Assembly (NCBI GenBank): GCA_963743885.1
Contig: CAVURJ010000002.1
Span: 305,706-369,705 of the forward strand
Direction: 5' to 3'
Length of the DNA stretch: 64,000 nt
From: Candidatus Moraniibacteriota bacterium
Lineage (GTDB): Bacteria > Patescibacteriota > Minisyncoccia > Moranbacterales > UBA1568
The notes under the pieces: generated by a model
What the model was told of the DNA's origin: nothing
Databases searched by the model: none
What the model saw: only the letters and a program-made list of their open reading frames with translations
Made by a program: the position numbers and the translations under genes
Shown: one piece after another, positions 47,605 to 56,626 of the stretch
How the letters are laid out: each line of letters begins with the position of its first letter
How positions within the stretch are numbered: position 1 is the stretch's first letter

Positions 47605-47759
47605 TAACGGGTATTCACCCCAGGGCAAGCCCTGGACCAAAAAACGAACTGATGTTCGTTTTGTTCTGCGGCAAGCCGCGGGGTATTTGACCCGATTTTA
47701 CCTGCACTCGCTCGAAAACGAAAGTGTACTTTCGTTTTACTCGCTTCGTTTGGTAATAA
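47605..47759. repeat. Dispersed structured element, copy 3 (long form)
   Basis: TAAcgggtatt..ccagggcaagccctgg...gcggcaagccgc...cccgattttacc...tttggtaaTAA. Confidence 0.8.
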
Positions 47760-48079
47760 AATCCCCGCCTAACGATGTTGAGTGTTACCTCTTGGCCGGG
47801 ATTTCGAATCAAGTATACGACGGTTTAGAACAAAGGGAAAGCCTATATGGTATATGAAAATGGCTGGAAATAGGGTGAATGTGGAGTTGCTCGGACTTTC
47901 TTAGTCTTGGTCACCCCGCCGAAGCGGGGATCAGTGGGTTTCCCCAAATGTACCTGTATTATAGCAGGAAATGCGGTTGTGTCAGTAGAGTAGAAAGCAG
48001 TTATTCAAAAATTTCGAATAACTGCTTCTGATGGGAAGTCGAAGTGAAACGTTCCACTTATTTCGTTTGGTAATAAAGA

Positions 48080-48119
48080 AACATGTACACTTTTCGCAAT
48101 TGCGAAAAGTGTACATGTT
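48080..48119. repeat. Perfect 40-bp palindrome without spacer
   Basis: aacatgtacacttttcgcaa|ttgcgaaaagtgtacatgtt. Confidence 0.9.
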
Positions 48120-48250
48120 GTTTTTTTGAATATTAGGCGTATATAAAAATATTTTTTCTTTGAAAGGCCTGTTTTTATTTATCTTTGTAACCTTTCCTAA
48201 TATGTGGCCGGGAGTGGTAGAATTTTCTTGCGGGGGTAGTCTGTGGAATT

Positions 48251-48316
48251 AAAAAAGCCTCTCGCTTTAACGAGACGCCACTTGGTATCCCAACGCGAGA
48301 GGTCTTACTTCTCGTT
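48251..48316 (-). ncRNA. Candidate DUF3800-associated small RNA (upstream)
   Basis: Minus-strand TTGACG-17-TACTCT; stem cctctcgc/gcgagagg; U6 tail; possible aacgaga/tctcgtt pseudoknot. Confidence 0.5.
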
Positions 48317-48404
48317 TCAGAGTACGCCAGAGTATGTTTATCGTCAATATTGCATGTGTATGACGCAGTGAGTACGTCTTGGTTCCTGTATTAAAAAAAA
48401 GCCT

Positions 48405-49166
48405 ATGTCAGAAGAAGAGAAAAAATTGACCCTAGAGGATTACAAGCAAATCTGGACGAAGTTCTGTTTTCTTGATGAATCAGGAAGTTTGAGCGCAAAG
48501 CAGCAGCCGATTTTTACGGTTGGAATCTTGAAGCTTACCCAGCCGTACTATCTGTATAATAAGATCCAGTATGAGCGCTCTGTGCGGCATTTTTATGATG
48601 AGATGAAGTTCAATCTACTTGGTAAGAAGAATATAGATTTTGCAAAATTTGTCATAGAATCGGTCTTGGAAACGAAGAGCTTGGCCTTTTATTCGTATTC
48701 TCTCGATAAGGATGGTGAATATTTTCATCGGACGTTCGGGACTGATCCGTGGCAGGCATATGAGGATATCTCGATTCGTCTGCTGGATTCGGCTCTTGCT
48801 CCGAATGAGATACTTATTCTTATCGCTGATCATGTCACGACGCCAAAAAACATCAGGTATGAAGTATCGGTGAAGAAGAGAGTGAATGATAAACATAGAA
48901 GGCTATCCCTGGCTGGCGTCTGCCGGTTTGATTCGCGAGGGAACGATCTTCTCCAGGTAACTGATTTGCTTATCGGTTTAGTCAACTATGATTTGAAAAT
49001 GGAATATGGACTTGTCGATACTCCATCGAAGTATAAAAAGGAACTCGTTGATTTTTTCAAGAAACAGCTTGGGGTGAGCAGTTTTTGTGACGGATTCCGT
49101 AACCGGACGTTCAATATCTTTGTCGATAAAGATAGCCGAAAAAGGCGGTGTCAATCTAGTAGCTAG
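48405..49166 (+). CDS. DUF3800 domain-containing protein
   Basis: FLDESG near the N-terminus, E.KF, IAD, DSRGNDLLQVTDLLIG. Confidence 0.85.
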   Translation: MSEEEKKLTLEDYKQIWTKFCFLDESGSLSAKQQPIFTVGILKLTQPYYLYNKIQYERSVRHFYDEMKFNLLGKKNIDFAKFVIESVLETKSLAFYSYSLDKDGEYFHRTFGTDPWQAYEDISIRLLDSALAPNEILILIADHVTTPKNIRYEVSVKKRVNDKHRRLSLAGVCRFDSRGNDLLQVTDLLIGLVNYDLKMEYGLVDTPSKYKKELVDFFKKQLGVSSFCDGFRNRTFNIFVDKDSRKRRCQSSS

Positions 49167-49170
49167 GCAT

Positions 49171-49225
49171 AAAAAAAGAAAGAGGGCTATCGTCCAAACG
49201 GTCGACGCCCTCTTTCAAATACTGC
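49171..49225 (-). ncRNA. Candidate DUF3800-associated small RNA (downstream)
   Basis: Perfect promoter at 49260-49232; 10-bp stem gaaagagggc/gccctctttc; U7 tail. Confidence 0.6.
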
Positions 49226-49231
49226 AAGCGA

Positions 49232-49260
49232 ATTATACACCCGAAGAATGAATGTGTCAA
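49232..49260 (-). promoter_or_regulatory. Consensus sigma70 promoter, antisense to the DUF3800 gene
   Basis: TTGACA-cattcattcttcgggtg-TATAAT on the minus strand. Confidence 0.8.
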
Positions 49261-49352
49261 TAGGTGTGAAAATGGCCGAAAATGCGGTAGAATAGAGGAA
49301 ATCGAAGAAAAGTGATAATCGGCTTTAGGGGAGGTTTTTGAAATATTCTGGC

Positions 49353-50015
49353 ATGCATACCCAGTTGCGGCGTTTCTACGTCACCAAGGTCAAAAAATAC
49401 GTCCCCAAGGGGCTGTTTTTGGCATACAACGCCCTGAAGGAGCGGCTGCATATCAAGTTTCCGGAAAGTGCCTTGGCGCATGAGTATCTGGATGGGCTCC
49501 AGGGCCTGGAAATAGGCGGATCGGCGCACAATCCTTTCGGTCTGGATACCCGGAATGTCGATTATACCGTCGAAGAGAACCAGTACAAGAAGCTTGAGAA
49601 AAAATTCATGGGTGAAGCGCTCAAAGTGGATATCGTGGCGCCGGGCGATGCTATCCCGCTTGCGGATGGGAGCCAGGACTTCGTCATCAGCGCACACGTC
49701 ATCGAACATTTTCCTGATCCGATCAAGGCGCTCAAGGAATGGTACCGTCTCATCCGTCCGGGTGGGTATATTTTCATGATCGTCCCGCACAAGGAACGCA
49801 CCTTCGACAAGGATGAGCCGAGGACGACGCTTCAGGAGCTCATCGATCGCCACGAGGGCAGGATCGTCCCGCAGCCGAACAAGAATGATCATCATTCCGT
49901 CTGGATCACTGAGGATATGGTCGAGCTCATGAAATATCTCGGCTGGGAAATCGTCAGAGTAGAAGAGAAGGACGACAAGGTCGGCAACGGTTTCACGGTC
50001 ATCATACGGAAGTAG
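49353..50015 (+). CDS. Class I SAM-dependent methyltransferase
   Basis: GLEIGG, IPLADGSQDFVISAHVIEH, EWYRLIRPGG. Confidence 0.88.
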   Translation: MHTQLRRFYVTKVKKYVPKGLFLAYNALKERLHIKFPESALAHEYLDGLQGLEIGGSAHNPFGLDTRNVDYTVEENQYKKLEKKFMGEALKVDIVAPGDAIPLADGSQDFVISAHVIEHFPDPIKALKEWYRLIRPGGYIFMIVPHKERTFDKDEPRTTLQELIDRHEGRIVPQPNKNDHHSVWITEDMVELMKYLGWEIVRVEEKDDKVGNGFTVIIRK

Positions 50016-50044
50016 GGCCGTTTTTGTGTGTAAATGAGTTCGTT

Positions 50045-51310
50045 ATGCGCCGAATCATCACGCTTTTTCAAGAAAACGCCTTCGTGCGCAATAGCTCTAT
50101 CCTTTTCATCGGCTCGATGCTGATGAATGTGATGAATTATTTCTTCCATCTCGTGCTGGGCCGGGTGATGGAACCGCAGGCATTCGGCGAAGTGGAGTCA
50201 CTCCTTTCGTTCCTCGCTATCATATCGGTCCCGGCGGCGACGCTCAGCCTCATCGCGACGAAATACAGCGCTGCCGCCAAGGCAGGAAACGACCAGGCGA
50301 CGGCGCGGTCGGTATTTTCCTATCTCAACAGGGTGGTGCTCCGATACGGGCTGTTTGTTTTTGTTATAGCGATTATCGCGACGCCGTTTATCCGAGACTT
50401 TTTCCAGTTGGAGAGTATCACTCCGATCATTTTCCTCTGGATGTTTGCCGCGTCGGCATTTTTTTCAGCTATTGCCGTTGGGATACTGAGCGGATGGCAG
50501 AAATTCCAGGAAGTGAATTACGCGAATCTTTCGGTAGCATCTTCAAAATTCGTCATTGCTATCGCTCTCGTGCTCATAGGTTTCGGGGTGAATGGGGCAC
50601 TCGGAGGTCTGGCGCTTGCCGGTCTTGTCGGATATACGGTGGCGTATTTCCTCATCCGCAGGCATTTCCGCGGCATAGAGGAAGTGAAAAAAGAGCAGAC
50701 TTTCGATTTTTCCGCGATGAAGCGGTATGCGCTCCCAGCTTTCTTTGGAACGCTTGCAATCACTGTCCTTGGCAATATCGACATGGTATTTGCCAAGCAT
50801 AGCCTTACCCCGGAACTCTCAGGAGAATATGGGGCGCTTTCGGTGGCGGCCAAGACAATCTTCTTTGCGACTGGCGTGATGGCGACGGTGCTCTTTGCTA
50901 TGGCAGCTGAGAAGAGCCACCGGCAGGAAAGCTCGGAAAAAGTGTTTCGGATTGCTGTCGGGCTAACGACGCTCGTGTCCTTGGGATCGGCGGCATTCTT
51001 CTTCCTTTTCCCAGAGTTCGTCCTCTCGCTCCTTTTTGGAGGGAAGTATGCCCAGGTCAGCGGGATGCTCGGATGGTTCGCTCTGGCAGCCGGGCTTTAT
51101 TCTATTGGCAACCTGCTCCTTCAGTACCTGCTTTCCATGCATGAGACAGCCATAGCCTATGTCTTCTTGGCTTTGATAAGCCTCGAGATAGTAGCGCTCT
51201 TTTTCTTTGGGACGGATTTGTATGCTATAATCATGATAAATGTCCTCGCGCAGGCAGCTGCTATCGGGGCGGGTTGGTTTTTCTTGGCGCAGAAAAAATA
51301 CCATGTCTAA
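50045..51310 (+). CDS. Oligosaccharide flippase (Wzx family)
   Basis: About 12 TMs; NYFFHLVLGR...FG, NIDMVFAKH...GEYGA; in glycan cluster. Confidence 0.85.
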   Translation: MRRIITLFQENAFVRNSSILFIGSMLMNVMNYFFHLVLGRVMEPQAFGEVESLLSFLAIISVPAATLSLIATKYSAAAKAGNDQATARSVFSYLNRVVLRYGLFVFVIAIIATPFIRDFFQLESITPIIFLWMFAASAFFSAIAVGILSGWQKFQEVNYANLSVASSKFVIAIALVLIGFGVNGALGGLALAGLVGYTVAYFLIRRHFRGIEEVKKEQTFDFSAMKRYALPAFFGTLAITVLGNIDMVFAKHSLTPELSGEYGALSVAAKTIFFATGVMATVLFAMAAEKSHRQESSEKVFRIAVGLTTLVSLGSAAFFFLFPEFVLSLLFGGKYAQVSGMLGWFALAAGLYSIGNLLLQYLLSMHETAIAYVFLALISLEIVALFFFGTDLYAIIMINVLAQAAAIGAGWFFLAQKKYHV

Positions 51311-52241
51311 ACTCATCTCCATCGTCATACCGGTCTATAACGAGGAAAAGAACATTCCTGTCATCACCGACGAGATTGGGAAGGTGTTCACGTCGCTTCC
51401 GGAGTACGGATACGAGATCATCTTCGTCAACGATGGGAGCCGGGACAATAGTTTCCTCACTATCTACGACCTTTCGCAGAAGGATTCCCGCGTGAAGGGG
51501 ATCGATTTTTCGAGGAACTTTGGCAAGGAGTGTGCTACTTCAGCCGGCTGTCACTATGCGACTGGCGATGCCGTGATCACGATGGACGCCGACCTCCAGC
51601 ACCCGCCGGTGCTCATACCGGAGCTCTTGGCACATTGGGAAAAGAGCGCCGAAGTGGTCTATACTGTGCGCAAAGAGAATAAGGGTGCAGATCTGATCAA
51701 GAAGCTGACCTCGGTGCTCTATTATTGGCTTTTCAACAAGGTGTCGTCGATAACGACCGAGCCGCGATCGACTGATTTCCGATTGATCGACAAGAAAGTC
51801 GTTGATGTTTTCCGGAAGTTTCCGGAGCGTGAGCGCATGTTCCGCGGTATGATCGACTGGATGGGATTCAAGCGCGCGAAGGTGGAGTTCGTCGCTCCCG
51901 AGAGGCTACATGGTGAGGCTGGGTATTCATACATCAAGCTCTTTCAGCTGGCGATGAACAGCTTCACGTCGTTTTCGCTCCTGCCGCTCAAGATGGCTGG
52001 GTATTTCGGAGTCATCATCACGACGATTAGTGGACTCCTGCTCGCGACGATGCTCATCACTCGCTGGTTCTTCGATCCGGCTCTCTTCACGCCGATTGCT
52101 ATCCTTGGCGTGAGCAACATGTTCTTGATTGGCATCGTACTGATTTCTCTGGGCTTCATCGCCCTTTACATCGCCCGCATCCACAATGAAGTGATCAACC
52201 GCCCGCTCTATATCGTGCGGGAGAAGGCGAATATAATTTAA
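51303..52241 (+). CDS. GT2 polyprenol-phosphate glycosyltransferase (GtrB/ArnC-like)
   Basis: ISIVIPVYNEE, VNDGSRD, FSRNFGKE, MDADLQHPP; two C-terminal TMs. Confidence 0.92.
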   Translation: MSKLISIVIPVYNEEKNIPVITDEIGKVFTSLPEYGYEIIFVNDGSRDNSFLTIYDLSQKDSRVKGIDFSRNFGKECATSAGCHYATGDAVITMDADLQHPPVLIPELLAHWEKSAEVVYTVRKENKGADLIKKLTSVLYYWLFNKVSSITTEPRSTDFRLIDKKVVDVFRKFPERERMFRGMIDWMGFKRAKVEFVAPERLHGEAGYSYIKLFQLAMNSFTSFSLLPLKMAGYFGVIITTISGLLLATMLITRWFFDPALFTPIAILGVSNMFLIGIVLISLGFIALYIARIHNEVINRPLYIVREKANII

Positions 52242-52264
52242 AAAAGAGTACTTGAAGTTGTTCT

Positions 52265-53092
52265 ATGGTTGAGAATTCTAGTCCAAAAATTTCCGTTTTG
52301 ATGACGGTTTATAATTCTGAGAAATTCCTTGAATCAGCTATTTCGAGTGTTTTGCAACAGACTTTTACTGATTTTGAACTCGTCATTCTTGATGATTGTT
52401 CAGCAGACTCAAGTTGGAGTATCGTAGAGCGTTTTGCAGCGCAAGATACAAGAATAGTAGCGATTAAAAATGAAAAAAACCTTGGTGGTTGTGAGAATTT
52501 GAATAAAGGACTCCGTTTGCTGAGAGGGAAATATATGGCTCGTCATGATAATGATGACGTGTCGCTCCCAGATCGCTTGCAGAAACAATTCGATTTTTTG
52601 GAAGCGCATCCTGAGGTGGGGATAGTGGGCGGTTCCATCGAAATAGTTGATGTCGATGGAAAAAAAATCGGCAAAAGGACTTATAATCTTTCCGATAGCG
52701 ATATTCGTAGAAAAATTTTTCGATATAGCCCTTTTGCTCATCCGTTGGTGATGATGAGAAAATCCATACTTGATCAAGTAGGGTGTTTTTATAATGCCTC
52801 TTTTGCTCCAGCTGATGATTATGAGCTCTGGTTCCGCATGGGTAAGATCACGAAATTTGCCAATCTCCCGGACGTTCTTTTGAAATATCGAGTAGTGCCC
52901 GGATCAATCACTCTCAGCTCTACAAAAAAGATGGAGCTGACGACTATTCGCGTTCGTGATAAATATCGTACCGATGATTTTTATCAGTTTACCTGGGTTG
53001 ATGCGGTTTATAATATGCTGCACAAGCTTTCGATATATATTTTTCCATCAAAATTGAAGATAGACCTCTATAATTATTTCCGCAACGAATAG
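52265..53092 (+). CDS. GT2 glycosyltransferase
   Basis: ISVLMTVYN, DDCSADSS, RHDNDD, DYELW. Confidence 0.9.
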   Translation: MVENSSPKISVLMTVYNSEKFLESAISSVLQQTFTDFELVILDDCSADSSWSIVERFAAQDTRIVAIKNEKNLGGCENLNKGLRLLRGKYMARHDNDDVSLPDRLQKQFDFLEAHPEVGIVGGSIEIVDVDGKKIGKRTYNLSDSDIRRKIFRYSPFAHPLVMMRKSILDQVGCFYNASFAPADDYELWFRMGKITKFANLPDVLLKYRVVPGSITLSSTKKMELTTIRVRDKYRTDDFYQFTWVDAVYNMLHKLSIYIFPSKLKIDLYNYFRNE

Positions 53093-53103
53093 CTATTGTG
53101 ATT

Positions 53104-53868
53104 ATGAAGAATCAGGTCGTTCTTATTACTGGAGGAGCTTCTGGCTTGGGCAAAGAAATAGCCCTTGAATTTGGGCGCAAAGATTATGTCGTTTACTGCA
53201 CGTCGCGGAAAGATGAATCTTCGGATCAGGAAAATATCCATTTTTTAAAAATGGATATTACGTCCGATGCCGATGTGAAGACGTCTGTTGATCAGGTGAT
53301 GACGCGGGAAGGACGGATCGACATTGTCGTAAATAATGCCGGGATGACGCTATCTGGTCCCACGCTTGATTTTTCTTCTGAGGATTTTAAGACCATAGTT
53401 GATACGAATGCGATCGGATCATTCCGGCTTTTGAAAGGGATATTTCAATACCCTCAAAAGCCACGTATGGTGATCAATATCACCTCTCTTAATGGCTTCT
53501 TTTCGTTTCCGAATTTTGGCATATATTGTGCTTCAAAATTTGCGGCCGAAGCGTTGGGTCTAGCGCTCCGTTATGAGCTTGGCGCCACGACGCAAGTAGT
53601 GAATGTTTCGCCAGGAGCGCTTTTAGCAGAGTCGAGCAAGCCGATTTCTCACAAGACAGCGCGGGAGAAAATAAAAATCTTGAATTGGCTAATGCCGCTG
53701 ACTTCACAGAAAGATGTGGCGAAAAGGGTTGAAGCCTTGGCTCGTATGAAGCGGGTTCCTGCACAGCTCCGTATCGGCCGTGATACGCATATCATATACC
53801 TGATGCAGAAATTTTTGCCGAGTTTTATTTTTGATAGAATAATTTTTTATATTTGGACAAAAAAGTAG
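53104..53868 (+). CDS. SDR family oxidoreductase
   Basis: TGGASGLG, VNNAG, YCASK. Confidence 0.9.
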   Translation: MKNQVVLITGGASGLGKEIALEFGRKDYVVYCTSRKDESSDQENIHFLKMDITSDADVKTSVDQVMTREGRIDIVVNNAGMTLSGPTLDFSSEDFKTIVDTNAIGSFRLLKGIFQYPQKPRMVINITSLNGFFSFPNFGIYCASKFAAEALGLALRYELGATTQVVNVSPGALLAESSKPISHKTAREKIKILNWLMPLTSQKDVAKRVEALARMKRVPAQLRIGRDTHIIYLMQKFLPSFIFDRIIFYIWTKK

Positions 53869-53920
53869 TGTTTTCACTGGTTTAATTTAGGAAATAATTT
53901 CATTTAGAATAATTGAGAAT

Positions 53921-54940
53921 ATGTTTGAGAATCAAGTCATATTTGTATCCGGGGGAACAGGATCGTGGGGACATGAGCTGGTAAGACAGCTTCTTGAAAG
54001 ATTTTCCGATATAAAGGAGATTCGCATCTATTCGCGAGGGGAGCATAAGCAGGTTGAGATGAGGAGAGAATTCGGATTCAACCCCAAGTTGAAATTTATC
54101 ATCGGTGATATTCGTGATAAGAACATCCTTAATTACGCGATGAGCGGGGTTGATGTTGTTTTCCATTTGGCCGCATTGAAGCATGTCCCAGTCTGCGAGG
54201 AAAATACCTGGGAGGCCGTTCTTACGAATATCAACGGTACTCAGAATGTCATTGAAGCCGCAATCAATAACGGAGTCAAGAAGGTTATTGATGTTTCTAC
54301 CGATAAGGCTGTTGATCCGTTCAATCTCTATGGTGTTACAAAGGCCTGCGGGGAGAAGCTGATGATAAATGCCAATTTCAATTATTCTTTTGGTGATAAG
54401 GGGAGCAAGACGTCGTTTATCTGTATTCGTGGTGGTAACGTGATAGGGACAAACGGTAGCGTTATCCCACTCTTCAAGAAGCAGCTTTTGGAAAATAACG
54501 AGGTTACAGTGACTGATCCGACGATGACCCGGTTTCTTATGAGCACCAGGGAGGCTATCGGACTTATTTTTGCTGCCGTAGAGAAATCGATCGGCGGAGA
54601 GCTTTTTGTGATGAAGATGCCGGCTGCTACGGTCGAGACGGTTGCGAAGGTAATGATCCGGTTGTTTGGGAATGATGAGAGTAAGGTAAAGATCGTCGGT
54701 TCTCGGCCGGGAGAGAAGAAGCATGAGGTACTGGTTTCGAAGAATGAATCTCCAGCCGCCTATATTTTCTCGGATCAATATTTCGTTGTTCTTCCGCAGA
54801 TTCAAAATAGCGAGTTGGTTGGTATGTATACCGATAAGCAAAGGCTTGAGCATGAAGAGTTTAATTCGGAAAATACATATCGTTTGAGCGAAGATGAGCT
54901 AGAGGCCATCTTGAGGAAGGAAGATTGGTTGATGAGCTAG
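53921..54940 (+). CDS. UDP-GlcNAc 4,6-dehydratase (PseB/FnlA/CapD-like)
   Basis: GGTGSWG, GDIRD, HLAALKHVP, STDKA, YG.TK, MTRF, RPGEK.HE. Confidence 0.9.
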   Translation: MFENQVIFVSGGTGSWGHELVRQLLERFSDIKEIRIYSRGEHKQVEMRREFGFNPKLKFIIGDIRDKNILNYAMSGVDVVFHLAALKHVPVCEENTWEAVLTNINGTQNVIEAAINNGVKKVIDVSTDKAVDPFNLYGVTKACGEKLMINANFNYSFGDKGSKTSFICIRGGNVIGTNGSVIPLFKKQLLENNEVTVTDPTMTRFLMSTREAIGLIFAAVEKSIGGELFVMKMPAATVETVAKVMIRLFGNDESKVKIVGSRPGEKKHEVLVSKNESPAAYIFSDQYFVVLPQIQNSELVGMYTDKQRLEHEEFNSENTYRLSEDELEAILRKEDWLMS

Positions 54941-54970
54941 TGCGGAAATTTATAAGCCGACATAGAACAT

Positions 54971-55807
54971 ATGCTTGTTGGGATTACCGGGGCGCGAGGA
55001 TTTATCGGGGAGAATCTGATAAAGCGCTTAGACGTGGAGTCTATCCAGTATAAGATCTTGACAGGGGATCTACTTGATAGCGATGCCGTAGACAGTTTTG
55101 TTGACGGGTGTGATACAGTAGTACATCTGGCTGGTATTTTTAGCGATGATTTTCGAAAGCTTTTGGAAGCCAATCTTTTTGGCACCAGAAATCTTGTTGA
55201 GTCCTGCAAGAAATACAGAGTGGGGAAAATAGTTTTTTCTTCGACCGGAGCCGTATACGGCGAACCTGCCAATGATGGGATTTCAAAGGAGATCGATCCG
55301 CTTTTGCCCAACACCCTCTATGGTCTTTCCAAGCTTTACGCAGAAGAATATATAACTTTTTCTGGTGTTCCGTCGGTTATTCTGAGATTTCCAAATGTAT
55401 ATGGCCCAGGAAATGAAAAGGGTGTAGTCTTTAATTTTCTGAAGTCGATTCGTGAAAAAAAAGAAGTGACTATTTTTGGTTCTGGTGAACAGAAACGAAA
55501 TTTTCTTTTTGTGGATGATGCTGTGCAGTCTATTTTTTCATCGATTGAATATTCTGGTAGCGAAACGGTGTTCAATATCTCTGACAAAGCGATTTATAGC
55601 TTAAATGATGTTGTAGAAATTCTCAGAGAAAGCGGACTATCTTTCGATGTCAAATATCAGGCGGCCGATGAATCCAATGCGCTGCAGGTTCTTTCGGAAG
55701 ATATTTCTAAGGCTGAAAAAATATTGGGATGGACTCCAAAGATTAGCCTTGAGAGTGGCGTGAGAAAAATAATCAAAGCTATGGGGATTATCGATAGCGA
55801 GAAATAG
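54971..55807 (+). CDS. NAD-dependent epimerase/dehydratase
   Basis: TGARGFIG, YGLSK, LRFPNVYGP. Confidence 0.9.
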   Translation: MLVGITGARGFIGENLIKRLDVESIQYKILTGDLLDSDAVDSFVDGCDTVVHLAGIFSDDFRKLLEANLFGTRNLVESCKKYRVGKIVFSSTGAVYGEPANDGISKEIDPLLPNTLYGLSKLYAEEYITFSGVPSVILRFPNVYGPGNEKGVVFNFLKSIREKKEVTIFGSGEQKRNFLFVDDAVQSIFSSIEYSGSETVFNISDKAIYSLNDVVEILRESGLSFDVKYQAADESNALQVLSEDISKAEKILGWTPKISLESGVRKIIKAMGIIDSEK

Positions 55808-55837
55808 GTGTTTTTAAATTATAAAATATAAAAAAGT

Positions 55838-56626
55838 ATGCTTCGCTTTTTTGTTAATCTTTTAGTGAAATCACCCCTTTATCCTCATTGGCTTGAGTCT
55901 TTCAAGATGGGAAAGGGGAATGAAGTCATATTTGATGGGATACACGGGGATGTTCTTGAGGTTGGGGCGGGTGATGGCGCTCGGAAAATTGAGCTATTGG
56001 GAAAATATAAGGGTATTTCCCGTTATGTCGCCACTGACTATTCGAGTTGGGATGGTGAATTTTCGGAGGTAGATAAGAAAGTTAGTAAATTTAATAGCTT
56101 AGGAGCGATATTTTTTGGATATCGAAAGCGTGAGCCGCTTGATGCTGTGTGCAGTGCGATGGAACTGCCTTTTCCTGATGGGTCTTTTGATTACCATCTG
56201 AGTTTTGAGGTTTTGGAACATATAAACGATCCAGAAAAATATTTTAGCGAGGTTGCTCGAGTCCTCCGTTCCGGTGAGCGAGCTATTATGAGTGTTCCAT
56301 TTCTTTATAGGATGCATGGCGGAGAGCCTGATCATAAGTTTGATCACTTTAGGTATCTCAAAGGTTTTTTTTATGGAAGAGAAGAGAAAAATGGACTCGA
56401 AGTCGTTAAGATCTATGTGAATGCGGGCTTCGGTACCTCGCTTGCGTCTTTGACGAATCAATGGATGATCAGGAGGATACTTGAGTCGAATATTATTATG
56501 AGGGCAGCGTGCTTGGTTCTTTCGCCGTTTATCTTCGTGGCGTCCAACTGCATTGGCTTTCTGATCGATATTTTCCCAGATGAGCGCTTTTCGACGAGAT
56601 TCCATGTGATTTTGAAGAAAAAGTGA
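55838..56626 (+). CDS. Class I SAM-dependent methyltransferase
   Basis: VLEVGAG, LPFPDGSFD, EVLEHI, ARVLRSG. Confidence 0.85.
   Translation: MLRFFVNLLVKSPLYPHWLESFKMGKGNEVIFDGIHGDVLEVGAGDGARKIELLGKYKGISRYVATDYSSWDGEFSEVDKKVSKFNSLGAIFFGYRKREPLDAVCSAMELPFPDGSFDYHLSFEVLEHINDPEKYFSEVARVLRSGERAIMSVPFLYRMHGGEPDHKFDHFRYLKGFFYGREEKNGLEVVKIYVNAGFGTSLASLTNQWMIRRILESNIIMRAACLVLSPFIFVASNCIGFLIDIFPDERFSTRFHVILKKK

Noticed and set aside
47237-47857. ORFs 47237-47857 (+) and 47615-47812 (-)
   Set aside because: They run through the dispersed palindromic element and show no protein-like features
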